Virus record (IMG/VR): IMGVR_UViG_3300005613_000078
Location: 1-56,494 of that record
Strand: one strand, 5' to 3'
Source of the DNA: a virus
Lineage: Duplodnaviria > Caudoviricetes
DNA: 56,494 nucleotides
The notes under the pieces were generated by a model. The model made no database searches and was not told where the DNA came from. It saw only the letters and a list, made by a program, of their open reading frames with translations. The translations under genes were made by a program, and so were the position numbers. Each line of letters opens with the position of its first letter. Positions within the stretch are counted from its first letter, which is position 1. Positions 25,043-35,836 of this stretch are shown here, one piece after another.

Positions 25043-28000
25043 ATGCCACAGGAAACTAACCTCAATGTTGCTCCTTATTTTGACGACTTTGATCCTCGTA
25101 GCAACTACTACAAGGTGCTTTTTAAACCTGCCTATCCTATTCAGGCGAGAGAATTAAACAACCTTCAATCTATCCTTCAGGATCAGATTGAAAAGATGGG
25201 AACGAACATCTTTAAGGAAGGGTCTGTTATTATACCTGGTGCTCAAACATATAATTCACTTTTTCATGCTATACAAATTCAACCAGAATTTTTAGGGATT
25301 CCTGTTGAGATTTATCTTGATCAACTTTTAGGTAAAAGAATTGTAGGAAGAACTTCTGGCATTACTGCTGAGGTTGTCACATACATCACCAACGCAGAAT
25401 CTACCAAAGGAAACTATACACTTTACATAAATTATGTCAATTCAAGCACAACTGATGATTCTACTGAAGAATTTTTCGATAATGAAGTTCTAGAAACTGA
25501 AGAATCTATTTCTTTTGCAACAACATTTATTGCTGCTGGTGAAGGTTTTGCTAACACTGTTGTGGAGGATGCTGCTCAAACAGGATCAGCGTTTGTTTTA
25601 TCTGAAGGTGTGTTTTTCATTCGTGGATATTTTGTAACTGTTCCTAGTCAACTGATTATTCTTGATCAATATGGCACAGATCCTAGTTTTAGGATTGGTT
25701 TGACCATAAGGGAACAAATTATTACCTCAGACACAGATCCACAACTTACAGATAATGCTTCTGGTTTTAATAATTATTCAGCTCCTGGTGCAGATAGATT
25801 AAACATAACTGCAGTATTATCAACGAAGGATTATGGTGATTACAATACAGAGAATTTCATTCAACTTGCTGAAATTCAAAATGGCAATCTTAGAAGAAAA
25901 TCAAATGATACAAAATATAACCTTATAGGTGATGAGTTAGCAAAAAGAACATTTGATGAGTCAGGAGACTACTACATTAAAGAATTTGTCACCACAGTCA
26001 AAGAAAGTTTAAATAATCAACAAGGAAATAGAGGAATTTACGAACCAGGACAAGTCACACAACAAGGAAACGTTCCTAGTGATGATTTGATGGTTTATAA
26101 AGTATCTCCTGGTAAAGCGTATGTGAAGGGGTTTGAAGTTGATGTAAGAACACCTTCTCTTATCGATGTTATAAAACCTAGAACCACTCGTTTGGTTGAA
26201 AATCAAGCAGTAAATTTTGCGTTTGGTCCCACGTTTACTGTTAATAACGTTAATGGTTCACCTGTTGTTGGTTTTAATACAACTACAGTTTTAAGTTTAA
26301 GAAATCAAAGAGTAGGAAGTAGTGCTACAGAAGCACCTGGTTCAGAAATCGGTCTTGCAAGAGTTTATGATTTTGCTTTAGAATCTGGATCATACAATAC
26401 TTCAACACCTCAAATTAATCAATGGGATCTTTCTTTATTTGATCTTCAAACATACACTGATATTGATATAAATGTCAGTGTCACGTTAGATGCTTCAAAT
26501 TCAATTCATATTGAGGGAGAGCAAAGTGGAGCTAGTGCTTTCCTTAGATATGATGTAAATGCAGGGACAGCACTTACCACATATAGCAAGCAAGGTGATT
26601 TTGTATTTGGTGAGAGACTTAAATTTAATGGAGTTCTTGACAATTCAAGATTTATCACTGATATTAATAATCGCACTATTTCAGATGTAAAGTCTGTTTT
26701 CTTACAAAGAGTTGGTACTGCAAATACATTTAGTGCTGATATAATTCAATCTGATGGAATTCAGATTGGAATTGCTTCAATCACAGCTAGAGATGCAACT
26801 GGTGTTTCTACTATTACTAGTCCATCACTTATTTCTAGTGGATTTGTTGGGATCGTGACTGTTGGAAATTTACTTAAGTTTAGTATTCCAGAAAATAATG
26901 ATCCCACTTTTGTAAGAATAACAAATATTGACGGAAAAGATGCAACAGTTGAACCAACAACGACAGTCACTGGGGTTAATGTAGGCACGTTACCCACAAC
27001 AGCCACAAGTGTAACAGATCTCACAGTCCTTACTTCAAGACTTCAAGGATCACAAGGAACTGGTAATTTCTCTTCTAACGACTCAATTTTTAGTGCCCTT
27101 CCAAAAGAGAACATTCAATCAGTTAATATCGGATCTGGCAATATTATTATTAGAGATAATTTTGACATTACAATTGATTCTAATGGTGATACACAAGTAA
27201 TTCAAGTTAACGATCCGTCTAAAGAAGTTTTTCTTCCGTTTGATGAAGAGAGATATTCACTTATTAGACAAGATGGAACCACTGAAATTCTTACAAACGA
27301 CAAGTTCCTCTTTACAGAAGGGAGCACGCAACTTCAGATCAAAGGATTAGGAAGTGCCGATTCAAATTCAAAACTTATAGCTACCATTAGAAAGTCAAAT
27401 CCAACTTCAAAAATTAAATTAAAGCAAAACAATTCTATTATTATTAATAGATCAATTGATAGTGCTTCCGGTGTTGGAACCGGAACGCTAAATGACGGAC
27501 TTTCGCATGGTTTATTCCCATTTGGAACAAGGGTTCAAGACTCAATTATTTCTTTGAATGTACCTGATGTTATTGACATTTATGGAATTTTTGAATCAAC
27601 TGGAACCACGGATCCACAATCACCCAATGCTACTGTACAAGCACTTAATGGTCCATCTGCCACTACGAATGACTTGATCATCGGTGATACATTCACTGGT
27701 AGAACAAGTGGTGCAAAAGCCAGATATATTGATAGACTTTCAGATACCAGTATTGGGTACATTTATTTAAATGATATTGTATTTGAATCTGGTGAACAAA
27801 TTGAGTTTACTCAATCTACAGTGATTGGCAATATTGTTAATATTAACATTGGATCAAATAACATAACAAGAAACTATACTCTTGCAAAAGGACAAAGAAA
27901 TTCTTTCTACGATTTTTCTAGAATTGTGAGAAAGGGTAATTTTCCAGCACCATCCAGAAAACTAAGAGTATACTTTACAAATGCTTATTATGAAACGTCG

Positions 28001-31000
28001 GATAATGGTGATATTACAACAGTAAATTCGTATAATGGATTTGATTATACGAATGATATTGGACTTGTGGATGGAAAAAGAGTAACTGATATCATCGATG
28101 CAAGACCAAGAGTCAAAAGTTACACCACAAGACCTGGAACTAGATCTCCATTAGAATTTTATGGTAGAAATTTTGATGGTGGTCAGCACAGTTCCGCTAA
28201 AGTTATCGCATCAGATGAATCACTCACATTAGACTATAATTACTATCTTGGAAGAGCAGACAGAGTTTATGTTGATAAAGACGGATCATTTGCTGTAAAA
28301 TATGGAGCACCTGATGATATTCCTACGCTTCCCGATCCGGTAACAAATGGACTGAATATTGCAAATATATTTTCACCAGCATATCTTTACAGTGTAAATG
28401 ATGCCAGACTTAACTTTATTGACCATAAAAGATATCAAATGGTTGATATTGCAAAGATTGAACAAAGAGTTAAAAGTCTTGAGTATTATACTTCACTTAA
28501 TACGCTTGAGCAGTCTACACTGAATAGTTTTATTCCAGATGTAAATGGACTAAACAGATTTAAGTCTGGTATTTTTGTTGATAATTTTACGACTAGAGCA
28601 CCACAAGATGATACGATTGGAGTCAAAAATGCTATTGATTCAAAGAGAAGGATCCTTAGACCAGCTCACTACACAACAGCATTTAATCTTCAATTAGGTA
28701 TTGGTAATACTATTTTTGGTGCAGGGGTTCGTAGAACAGGAAATATGCTTACCCTTGATTATAGTGACACAAGTTGGTTAGAGCAGCCTTACGCCACAAG
28801 AATTGAAAATGTAACTCCATTTTTGGTTAATTTCTATCAGGGTTCAATTGAACTTGTACCATCTGTTGATGTTTGGGTTTCAACTAATCAATTAGAAGTT
28901 CGTGATGTCCTTCAAGAAGGTTCATTCCAAGGTATTGCTGATGTAATTGGTGCAGAAATTGAAACCACTGAGGATGGTGAAAGGATTGGTGTAGCACCAG
29001 TTGTTTGGGATTCTTGGGAGACTGTTGGTGCTCAACTTAATCTTACTTCCTCACAACAAACAGAATCACTTAACGCTGCATCTCAGAGAATAGGTGAAAC
29101 TACCAATAGAATCCTTTCCAACAATGGAATAAGTAATAATAGAATTGATGCTGCAAGAACTCAGGTTCGGTCCACGACAATAAATGGTTCTATTAATTTA
29201 GAACAAACTAGAACTGGTAGACAGCAAACAGTTAATGAAGTAATTAATACCGAAAGTCTTGGAGATCGTATAGTTAATCGTGAGATCATTCATTTTATGA
29301 GATCTCGCAACATTCAATTCACCGCTAAAAAGTTAAAACCATTCACAAGAATGTATTCATTCTTTGATGGGGTTGATGTAAACAAATTTGTTTCACCCAA
29401 ACTGGTTGAAATTGAAATGACATCAGGAACCTTTACTGTTGGTGAAACTGTTGATGGTACTATGCAGTCAACTCTTAATAATGAAGAAACTTTAGCAGCA
29501 GGTTCAGCTTCAATCACGTTTAGAACTTGTGTCGCTAATCACAAATTTGGTGATTTTGATGCTCCCTCTGATGTATATGATAGTAATCCATATGACAGGA
29601 ACTCCCCAGCGGCAACAGCATACACCGAGTCATCTACTATCCTTAACGTAGATACAAACAGCCTTCAATCTGAAGATTTCCCAGAATTTGTGGGATTCAT
29701 TCAAAGAGGAATGATTCTGCGTGGTAGAACAAGTGGTGCTGAAGCAAGAATTGTATCTGTAAGATTGATTACAGATAGAGTTGGAACCCTGATTGGATCA
29801 TTTAGTGTTCCCGATGGATCAAATGCTTCTAATCCTATATTTGAAACTGGCAGATCTGAATTTAGACTTACAAGCAGTTCCACAAACAGTAAAATTAGAG
29901 GTGCAACTACTACAAGTGCTGAAGAAATTTTTTATTCACAGGGAGACTTAGATAATACACAAGAAGTCACTTTATCCCTCAGAAATGCAAGAGTTGAGAT
30001 AACTGAATTAGAACCACAAACAAGAGTCCTTGCTGGTGAAACAGATTCAGCTAGTATCGTTCAAAATATAAATGCTGTAAGAATTCCCCCTCCCCCTCCA
30101 CCGCCACCGCCACCAGATCCTCCGCGCCCACCTCGCAATCCAGATCCACCACGTCCGCGTGGTGGTGACCCCCTAGCGCAAACTTTCTTTGTTGATGACA
30201 CTACAGGTGTTTATCTTAGTAGAGTTGAACTATTTTTCCAGTCCAAAGCGCAAAATCTGCCAGTAGTAGTTCAAATTCGTGAAACAAGACTGGGAACACC
30301 CACTAATATAATCGTACCTTTTTCAGAGGTTATTCTTGATCCCAATCAGGTCAATATTTCTGATGATGGCACGACTCCTACATCATTTACCTTCCCATCG
30401 CCCGTTTACTTGAATCCAAAAACAGAGTATGCTTTAGTTGTTTTATCTGATGTTACTTCGTACAATATATGGATTTCTAGATTCGGTGAAGCAGATGTAT
30501 CCACTCTTGCCACAGAGGCGGGTCAAGTTCTTGTAACTGAACAACCTCTTTTAGGTTCATTGTTCAAATCGCAAAATGCTTCCGTCTGGACACCAAGTCA
30601 ATATGAAGATTTGAAGTTTAATATGTATCGTTGCAACTTCACTTCAAATGGATTGGTTCAATTCTTCAATCCTCAGCTTCCTACAAAACAAGAAGTAATC
30701 ACTAAAAATGGCATTTCTATTAAAAATAGAACTGTAAGTGTGGGACTTGGAACTACAGTTAATAATGATGGGAATACTGAAGGCAACAACTTTGTTGTTG
30801 GTGTTGATTTATTCCAAAATGATTCTGACTTTACAGGTGTTGTTGTAGGACTTGCAGGATCTGCCACAGGTGATCTTACAATCACTAATGCAGGTGTTGG
30901 ATACACACCATCATCTGGACAGTTTACACACACTGGAATAGGTCTGACACCCCTTACAGGAACAGGTATCAACGCAACTGCTGATATCACAACCCTTGCA

Positions 31001-32653
31001 GGTGTGGCGATTGCTGCTACCGTTAACGCTGGCGGTTCTGGATACAATGTTGCTGATGTTCTTGTTCCAATTCAAAATGCACAAAACATTGGTGAATTGG
31101 GTCGTGACATGCAATTCTCTATAGCAGAGTTACAAGGATTTAATGAGGTTGAAGTAAGTAATGTTCAGGGTGAACTGAAATTTACTTCTGACAATTATCT
31201 TAGATTTACAACATCTGCTGGAATTACATCAGATGTCAATGTTGGAACTGGAGGAAGTATCGTTCCGGTATCTCCACTTAGAGTTACTCCTGAAAATGAT
31301 GGTTTGCATATTAAGGTCTTCCAGAGAAATCATGGAATGTACTCCAATACCAATAGAGTTGAGTTAAAGAATGTTTCATCAGACATTACCCCAACCGCTC
31401 TTAGTGCTGCTTATTCTAGAACCTCAACTGATTCTATTTCAGTTGGAACCACTGCAAATCTGGCAGATTTTGAAGGTCTTCCAGTTAGCACTAATAATCC
31501 TGGTTATGTCAAAATTGGTAGTGAAATAATTTCTTACACTGGCACATCAGGAAATTCTCTTACTGGAATTACTAGTAGAGGCGTTGATAACACCATTCAA
31601 GCATCTCATGCATTAAATGAATTGGTGTTCCGTTACGAATTTGGTGGAGTGTCACTAAGAAGAATCAATAAAGAGCATCAGTTGGCAGATGTAACCATTC
31701 CTAATCCAATTGATATTGACTCTTATCATGTTAAAGTAAATATGGCTCAAAGTGGAGTTGACAGAAGTGCTACCAATACAACCTTTGCTTCACATTATTT
31801 TGAAAATACTAGAACTGGAGGTGGTGTAGGTGTCAAGGGTTCATACAATCTTCCATATTCAATTGTTATTCCTAACCTTAGAACAACTTCACCAAATGGA
31901 AGTTCTTTGAATGCTTCAATAAGAACTGTTTCTGAAACTAGTGTTGATGGAACAGAAGTTTCTTTCTTAGATAAGGGATATCAGGAAGTTTCACTCAATG
32001 AAAAAAACTACTTTGATTCACAACGTGCTGTCATTTCACCTGTGAATGAAAGAACGTATTTGAACGCACTTCCTGGTAATAAATCCATGACTATGAATGT
32101 GAACCTTAATACATCTGATGGCAGATTATCACCTGCGATTGATCTAGACCATGCTTCTGTTCTGTTTATTTCTAACAGAGCAAATGCACCTATTACTAAT
32201 TTCTCTACCGATGGAAGAGTCAAATCTGTCAAACTTGATCCTAATAGTTTGATGTATGTAACCAAGAACATTGTTCTTGAAAATCCTGCTACATCACTTA
32301 GAGTGTTTATTGATGGTTATGTTTCTGATTATAACGATATCAGAATGTTCTATGCATTAGGTCAAGATCTTCCTGCAGAAGAATGTGTATTTACACCTTT
32401 CCCTGGTATTAATAATACAAATGAATTTGGTAGAGTAGTTCAACCATTCAACTCTGATGGTGGTCCTGACATCTTTGTTCCTAAGTCTGACGTTTACACA
32501 CAGGTTCCTTCGTTAAACTATTTTAAGGAGTATAAATTCTCCATAGATAACCTGGAACCATTCAACTTCTTTAGAATTAAGTTGATCGGCACATCCACCA
32601 ATCAGGCGGTTGTCCCACAGTTTAGAAACTTCAGAGTCATTGCTGCTGTATAA
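25043..32653 (+). CDS. large virion structural protein (DUF4815 / VrlC-like)
   Basis: 2536 aa; NVAPYFDDF, QARELNNLQS, APGADR, RTFDESGDY, GKAYVKG, RFKSGIFVDNF and DPLAQTF motifs. Confidence 0.85.
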   Translation: MPQETNLNVAPYFDDFDPRSNYYKVLFKPAYPIQARELNNLQSILQDQIEKMGTNIFKEGSVIIPGAQTYNSLFHAIQIQPEFLGIPVEIYLDQLLGKRIVGRTSGITAEVVTYITNAESTKGNYTLYINYVNSSTTDDSTEEFFDNEVLETEESISFATTFIAAGEGFANTVVEDAAQTGSAFVLSEGVFFIRGYFVTVPSQLIILDQYGTDPSFRIGLTIREQIITSDTDPQLTDNASGFNNYSAPGADRLNITAVLSTKDYGDYNTENFIQLAEIQNGNLRRKSNDTKYNLIGDELAKRTFDESGDYYIKEFVTTVKESLNNQQGNRGIYEPGQVTQQGNVPSDDLMVYKVSPGKAYVKGFEVDVRTPSLIDVIKPRTTRLVENQAVNFAFGPTFTVNNVNGSPVVGFNTTTVLSLRNQRVGSSATEAPGSEIGLARVYDFALESGSYNTSTPQINQWDLSLFDLQTYTDIDINVSVTLDASNSIHIEGEQSGASAFLRYDVNAGTALTTYSKQGDFVFGERLKFNGVLDNSRFITDINNRTISDVKSVFLQRVGTANTFSADIIQSDGIQIGIASITARDATGVSTITSPSLISSGFVGIVTVGNLLKFSIPENNDPTFVRITNIDGKDATVEPTTTVTGVNVGTLPTTATSVTDLTVLTSRLQGSQGTGNFSSNDSIFSALPKENIQSVNIGSGNIIIRDNFDITIDSNGDTQVIQVNDPSKEVFLPFDEERYSLIRQDGTTEILTNDKFLFTEGSTQLQIKGLGSADSNSKLIATIRKSNPTSKIKLKQNNSIIINRSIDSASGVGTGTLNDGLSHGLFPFGTRVQDSIISLNVPDVIDIYGIFESTGTTDPQSPNATVQALNGPSATTNDLIIGDTFTGRTSGAKARYIDRLSDTSIGYIYLNDIVFESGEQIEFTQSTVIGNIVNINIGSNNITRNYTLAKGQRNSFYDFSRIVRKGNFPAPSRKLRVYFTNAYYETSDNGDITTVNSYNGFDYTNDIGLVDGKRVTDIIDARPRVKSYTTRPGTRSPLEFYGRNFDGGQHSSAKVIASDESLTLDYNYYLGRADRVYVDKDGSFAVKYGAPDDIPTLPDPVTNGLNIANIFSPAYLYSVNDARLNFIDHKRYQMVDIAKIEQRVKSLEYYTSLNTLEQSTLNSFIPDVNGLNRFKSGIFVDNFTTRAPQDDTIGVKNAIDSKRRILRPAHYTTAFNLQLGIGNTIFGAGVRRTGNMLTLDYSDTSWLEQPYATRIENVTPFLVNFYQGSIELVPSVDVWVSTNQLEVRDVLQEGSFQGIADVIGAEIETTEDGERIGVAPVVWDSWETVGAQLNLTSSQQTESLNAASQRIGETTNRILSNNGISNNRIDAARTQVRSTTINGSINLEQTRTGRQQTVNEVINTESLGDRIVNREIIHFMRSRNIQFTAKKLKPFTRMYSFFDGVDVNKFVSPKLVEIEMTSGTFTVGETVDGTMQSTLNNEETLAAGSASITFRTCVANHKFGDFDAPSDVYDSNPYDRNSPAATAYTESSTILNVDTNSLQSEDFPEFVGFIQRGMILRGRTSGAEARIVSVRLITDRVGTLIGSFSVPDGSNASNPIFETGRSEFRLTSSSTNSKIRGATTTSAEEIFYSQGDLDNTQEVTLSLRNARVEITELEPQTRVLAGETDSASIVQNINAVRIPPPPPPPPPPDPPRPPRNPDPPRPRGGDPLAQTFFVDDTTGVYLSRVELFFQSKAQNLPVVVQIRETRLGTPTNIIVPFSEVILDPNQVNISDDGTTPTSFTFPSPVYLNPKTEYALVVLSDVTSYNIWISRFGEADVSTLATEAGQVLVTEQPLLGSLFKSQNASVWTPSQYEDLKFNMYRCNFTSNGLVQFFNPQLPTKQEVITKNGISIKNRTVSVGLGTTVNNDGNTEGNNFVVGVDLFQNDSDFTGVVVGLAGSATGDLTITNAGVGYTPSSGQFTHTGIGLTPLTGTGINATADITTLAGVAIAATVNAGGSGYNVADVLVPIQNAQNIGELGRDMQFSIAELQGFNEVEVSNVQGELKFTSDNYLRFTTSAGITSDVNVGTGGSIVPVSPLRVTPENDGLHIKVFQRNHGMYSNTNRVELKNVSSDITPTALSAAYSRTSTDSISVGTTANLADFEGLPVSTNNPGYVKIGSEIISYTGTSGNSLTGITSRGVDNTIQASHALNELVFRYEFGGVSLRRINKEHQLADVTIPNPIDIDSYHVKVNMAQSGVDRSATNTTFASHYFENTRTGGGVGVKGSYNLPYSIVIPNLRTTSPNGSSLNASIRTVSETSVDGTEVSFLDKGYQEVSLNEKNYFDSQRAVISPVNERTYLNALPGNKSMTMNVNLNTSDGRLSPAIDLDHASVLFISNRANAPITNFSTDGRVKSVKLDPNSLMYVTKNIVLENPATSLRVFIDGYVSDYNDIRMFYALGQDLPAEECVFTPFPGINNTNEFGRVVQPFNSDGGPDIFVPKSDVYTQVPSLNYFKEYKFSIDNLEPFNFFRIKLIGTSTNQAVVPQFRNFRVIAAV

Positions 32654-32877
32654 TGTTAGTCCCAATTGAAGGAAAAGACAATCTCTTCCGTGATAAAAAC
32701 ACGGGAGCGATTGTCAATAAAGATCAAACCGAATATAATAATTACATCGCTGCTAGGAATCGGCTTGCTGCCGAAAAGGACAGGGTTGATTCGCTTGAAC
32801 AAAAAGTTGATGATATTAAGGGTGATTTAGACGATATCAAATCTTTACTTAAGGCATTAGCACAAAATGGCGAATAA
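32653..32877 (+). CDS. small coiled-coil hypothetical protein
   Basis: 74 aa; LFRDKNTGAIVN followed by a heptad tail; TAATG coupling. Confidence 0.85.
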   Translation: MLVPIEGKDNLFRDKNTGAIVNKDQTEYNNYIAARNRLAAEKDRVDSLEQKVDDIKGDLDDIKSLLKALAQNGE

Positions 32878-33508
32878 TACAATTACATTCGACCCTATAG
32901 TAGGAACACCTTATGCTGTTAATTTAACAATTAACACGGGAGCTACCTTTGACTCTACGTTCAAAGTTATTAATAATGATAAGTCAGCATATGACTTGAC
33001 CGGTTGGAGTGGTTCTTCGCAAATGACAAAAACTGTTTCGATTGGTTCGTCAAGAGTGCCTGCTGCGTCTTTTACAGTGGGTATTACAAGTGCGGTTGAT
33101 GGTGAATTTAAATTATCATTATCACCAACCCTCACAAGAAATCTAAAAGGTGGTAGATATGTTTATAATATTTTGATGACTGGTTCAAAAACTACCTTAG
33201 ATATTCTTGATACTTCTGTTTCTGTAGGAAACACTGTGGGGATTGGTTCCACTACGATTATTTTAAACAAAATTACTAATGTTGCTGTTGGTGATTCCGT
33301 CTCTGTTGGATCTTCGATTACTGGTGCTTCTGTCGTTAGTTTAGCAACATCTACAAGAACGATAACTATAGGAACTGCCAGTACGATTTCAACAGAAATT
33401 TTGCCAGGAACAGCAGTTACATTCACAAGACCAGGAACAGCATCCACAATTTATGAGATGGTGACTGGCAATATATTGGTGCAGACCGGAGTGTCTTCGA
33501 CACCCTAA
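32867..33508 (+). CDS. putative virion structural protein (Ig-like, YDLTGW...GRYVYNIL)
   Basis: 213 aa, Thr/Gly/Ser-rich, in the late cluster. Confidence 0.7.
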   Translation: MANNTITFDPIVGTPYAVNLTINTGATFDSTFKVINNDKSAYDLTGWSGSSQMTKTVSIGSSRVPAASFTVGITSAVDGEFKLSLSPTLTRNLKGGRYVYNILMTGSKTTLDILDTSVSVGNTVGIGSTTIILNKITNVAVGDSVSVGSSITGASVVSLATSTRTITIGTASTISTEILPGTAVTFTRPGTASTIYEMVTGNILVQTGVSSTP

Positions 33509-33511
33509 ATA
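33505..33511 (+). promoter_or_regulatory. T4-type late promoter
   Basis: CTAAATA upstream of gp13. Confidence 0.6.
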
Positions 33512-33532
33512 ATAAAAAAGTAATGTCTTATA

Positions 33533-34399
33533 ATGGCGCAACCATCTTCCAGACAAGAACTTATTGATTATTGTTTAAGACAATTAGGTGCTCCTGTAGT
33601 CGAAGTCAACGTTGCCGATGAGCAACTACAGGACTTGATGGATGATGCCATTCAATTCTTTCAAGAAAGGCATTTTGATGGGGTTCAACAAGTTTATCTT
33701 AAATATCAAATAACACAAGACGATATCGATCGAGGAAAGGCAAGACCATCTGGGGCACCCCCAAGCAATGCTGGTGGGTTAGGAATCACCACATCAACTG
33801 CTACTGCCAACATTGATGGAGTAAGTACAACATTCACATATAACGAAAATAGCAATTATCTTCAGGTTCCACCAGATATTATTGGGATCAATAAGGTATT
33901 TCAGTTTGATGATGCCCAATCGGTGAATTCATCAAACATGTTCAATTTTGAGTATCAATTATTTTTGAACGATATCTATTTCTGGGGAACAACTGATATC
34001 TTATCATATTCAATGGCGAAGAGTTATATAGAAACTCTTAACTTTTTGTTGAATACGCACAAACAAATTAGATTTAATCAGCGCCAAGACAGACTATATC
34101 TTGATATAGCATGGACTAAATTAAGAAAAAATGATTTCTTGATTATTGATTGCTGGAAAGCAATGAATCCTAATGATTATTATAAAGTTTACAATGACTC
34201 CTTCCTTAAACCATATTTGACTGCCCTAATCAAACGCCAATGGGGACAAAATCTAATTAAATTTCAGGGAGTAAAATTACCAGGTGGTATTGAATTTAAT
34301 GGTAGACAAATTTATGATGATGGTCAGCGTGAACTTGATGAAATCAAAGCGAAGATGTTAAGCACGTATGAACTTCCTCCACTTGATCTTATTGGGTGA
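33533..34399 (+). CDS. gp13: neck protein gp13
   Basis: LIDYCLRQLGAPVVEVNV and KRQWGQNLIKFQGVKLPGG. Confidence 0.95.
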   Translation: MAQPSSRQELIDYCLRQLGAPVVEVNVADEQLQDLMDDAIQFFQERHFDGVQQVYLKYQITQDDIDRGKARPSGAPPSNAGGLGITTSTATANIDGVSTTFTYNENSNYLQVPPDIIGINKVFQFDDAQSVNSSNMFNFEYQLFLNDIYFWGTTDILSYSMAKSYIETLNFLLNTHKQIRFNQRQDRLYLDIAWTKLRKNDFLIIDCWKAMNPNDYYKVYNDSFLKPYLTALIKRQWGQNLIKFQGVKLPGGIEFNGRQIYDDGQRELDEIKAKMLSTYELPPLDLIG

Positions 34400-34404
34400 T
34401 TTAG

Positions 34405-35790
34405 ATGTTAAATCCATTTTTTCAAAACGGCACCAATAGTGAACAAGGTCTAATTCAAAGTCTTGTAAATGAACAGTTAAGAATGTATGGTGTTGAGGTA
34501 TATTATATGCCTCGTAAATATATTACAAAATATAAAGTAATTAAAGAAGCAATACAGTCAGAATTTGACAATGCTTATCCGATAGAGGCATATGTTGATA
34601 ATTATGAAGGATATGGTGGACAAGGAACTCTTCTTTCTAAATTTGGCATTCAAGAACAAGATGATTTAACATTAATTATATCAAGGGAAAGATTTGAAAA
34701 CTATATTACACCCCTTACAAAAAATCTTCCAAATATTGAACTTGCAACTAGACCGAAAGAGGGAGATATAATTTATTTTCCACTTGGGGATAGATTGTTT
34801 GAAATCAAATATGTAGAACACGAACAACCTTTCTATCAGTTACAAAAGAATTACGTTTATCAGCTTAGATGTGAGTTGTTTAGATATGAAGATGAAGTTC
34901 TGGATACTGGTGTTGAGACAATTGATGATGAAATAGAACAAATTGGATATATTCAAACACTTACACTTGTTGGTAGTGGTGTGACAGCGACCGGAACAGC
35001 AAGCACTTGCGCTAGTGGTAGTGTTCAGCAAATTAGTATTCTTAATATGGGTGGTGGATATACATCACTTCCTAAAGTTGCATTCTCTTCTGCCCCATCT
35101 GGTGGTGTGACTGCTGTTGGATTTGCATCACTCAGTTATGACTATGTTGGTTGCGATGGAAAATCTGGAAAGGTTGTATCAATCAATCTTACCAACGCAG
35201 GTTGTGGTTACACTGTAGCACCTCTAATCACAATTCAGGGTGGAAATGGATCTGGTGCAATAGCAACCGCTGGCATCACCACTCGTATGTCAGTTCAAAC
35301 AATTACTATCACAAACGCAGGTTCTGGATATACATTTGGACCAAGTATCACAATGTCAGATCCGCCATCAGGCCAAGCAGGAGCAGGAATTGGAACTATC
35401 AGTGCTGCTGGCATTGTTACTGCGGCATACATCACTAATTCTGGATTCGGTTATACCGAAGCACCCACAATTACTTTCCAAGGTCCAGGTGTTGGAACAG
35501 ATCTTGGTGGTTCTTTCATCTACAATGAAATTATCACAGGTTCTATCAGTAGCACGACTGCAAGAGTCAAAGAGTGGGATGCGGTCACAAATAAATTGGA
35601 AATTTCCATCGTATCTGGAGAATTCCAAGTCGGTGAAAATGTTACCGGAGAAGAATCTGGTGCTAAGTTTATGATATTTGATACTAAAACTGATGACCTT
35701 GTAACACCATATGCAGATAATGATAACATTGAAACTGAGGCAGATGCGATTATTGACTTCTCCGAAAGAAATCCATTTGGAATGCCCTAA
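34405..35790 (+). CDS. gp14: neck protein gp14 with a Gly/Thr-rich insertion
   Basis: YGVEVYYMPR, RPKEGDIIYFP, LFEIKYVEHEQPFYQL and C-terminal DFSERNPFG. Confidence 0.93.
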   Translation: MLNPFFQNGTNSEQGLIQSLVNEQLRMYGVEVYYMPRKYITKYKVIKEAIQSEFDNAYPIEAYVDNYEGYGGQGTLLSKFGIQEQDDLTLIISRERFENYITPLTKNLPNIELATRPKEGDIIYFPLGDRLFEIKYVEHEQPFYQLQKNYVYQLRCELFRYEDEVLDTGVETIDDEIEQIGYIQTLTLVGSGVTATGTASTCASGSVQQISILNMGGGYTSLPKVAFSSAPSGGVTAVGFASLSYDYVGCDGKSGKVVSINLTNAGCGYTVAPLITIQGGNGSGAIATAGITTRMSVQTITITNAGSGYTFGPSITMSDPPSGQAGAGIGTISAAGIVTAAYITNSGFGYTEAPTITFQGPGVGTDLGGSFIYNEIITGSISSTTARVKEWDAVTNKLEISIVSGEFQVGENVTGEESGAKFMIFDTKTDDLVTPYADNDNIETEADAIIDFSERNPFGMP

Positions 35791-35836
35791 TTAAAAAATA
35801 GTTAAATAGTAGTATATTCATATACGATTTGGGATC

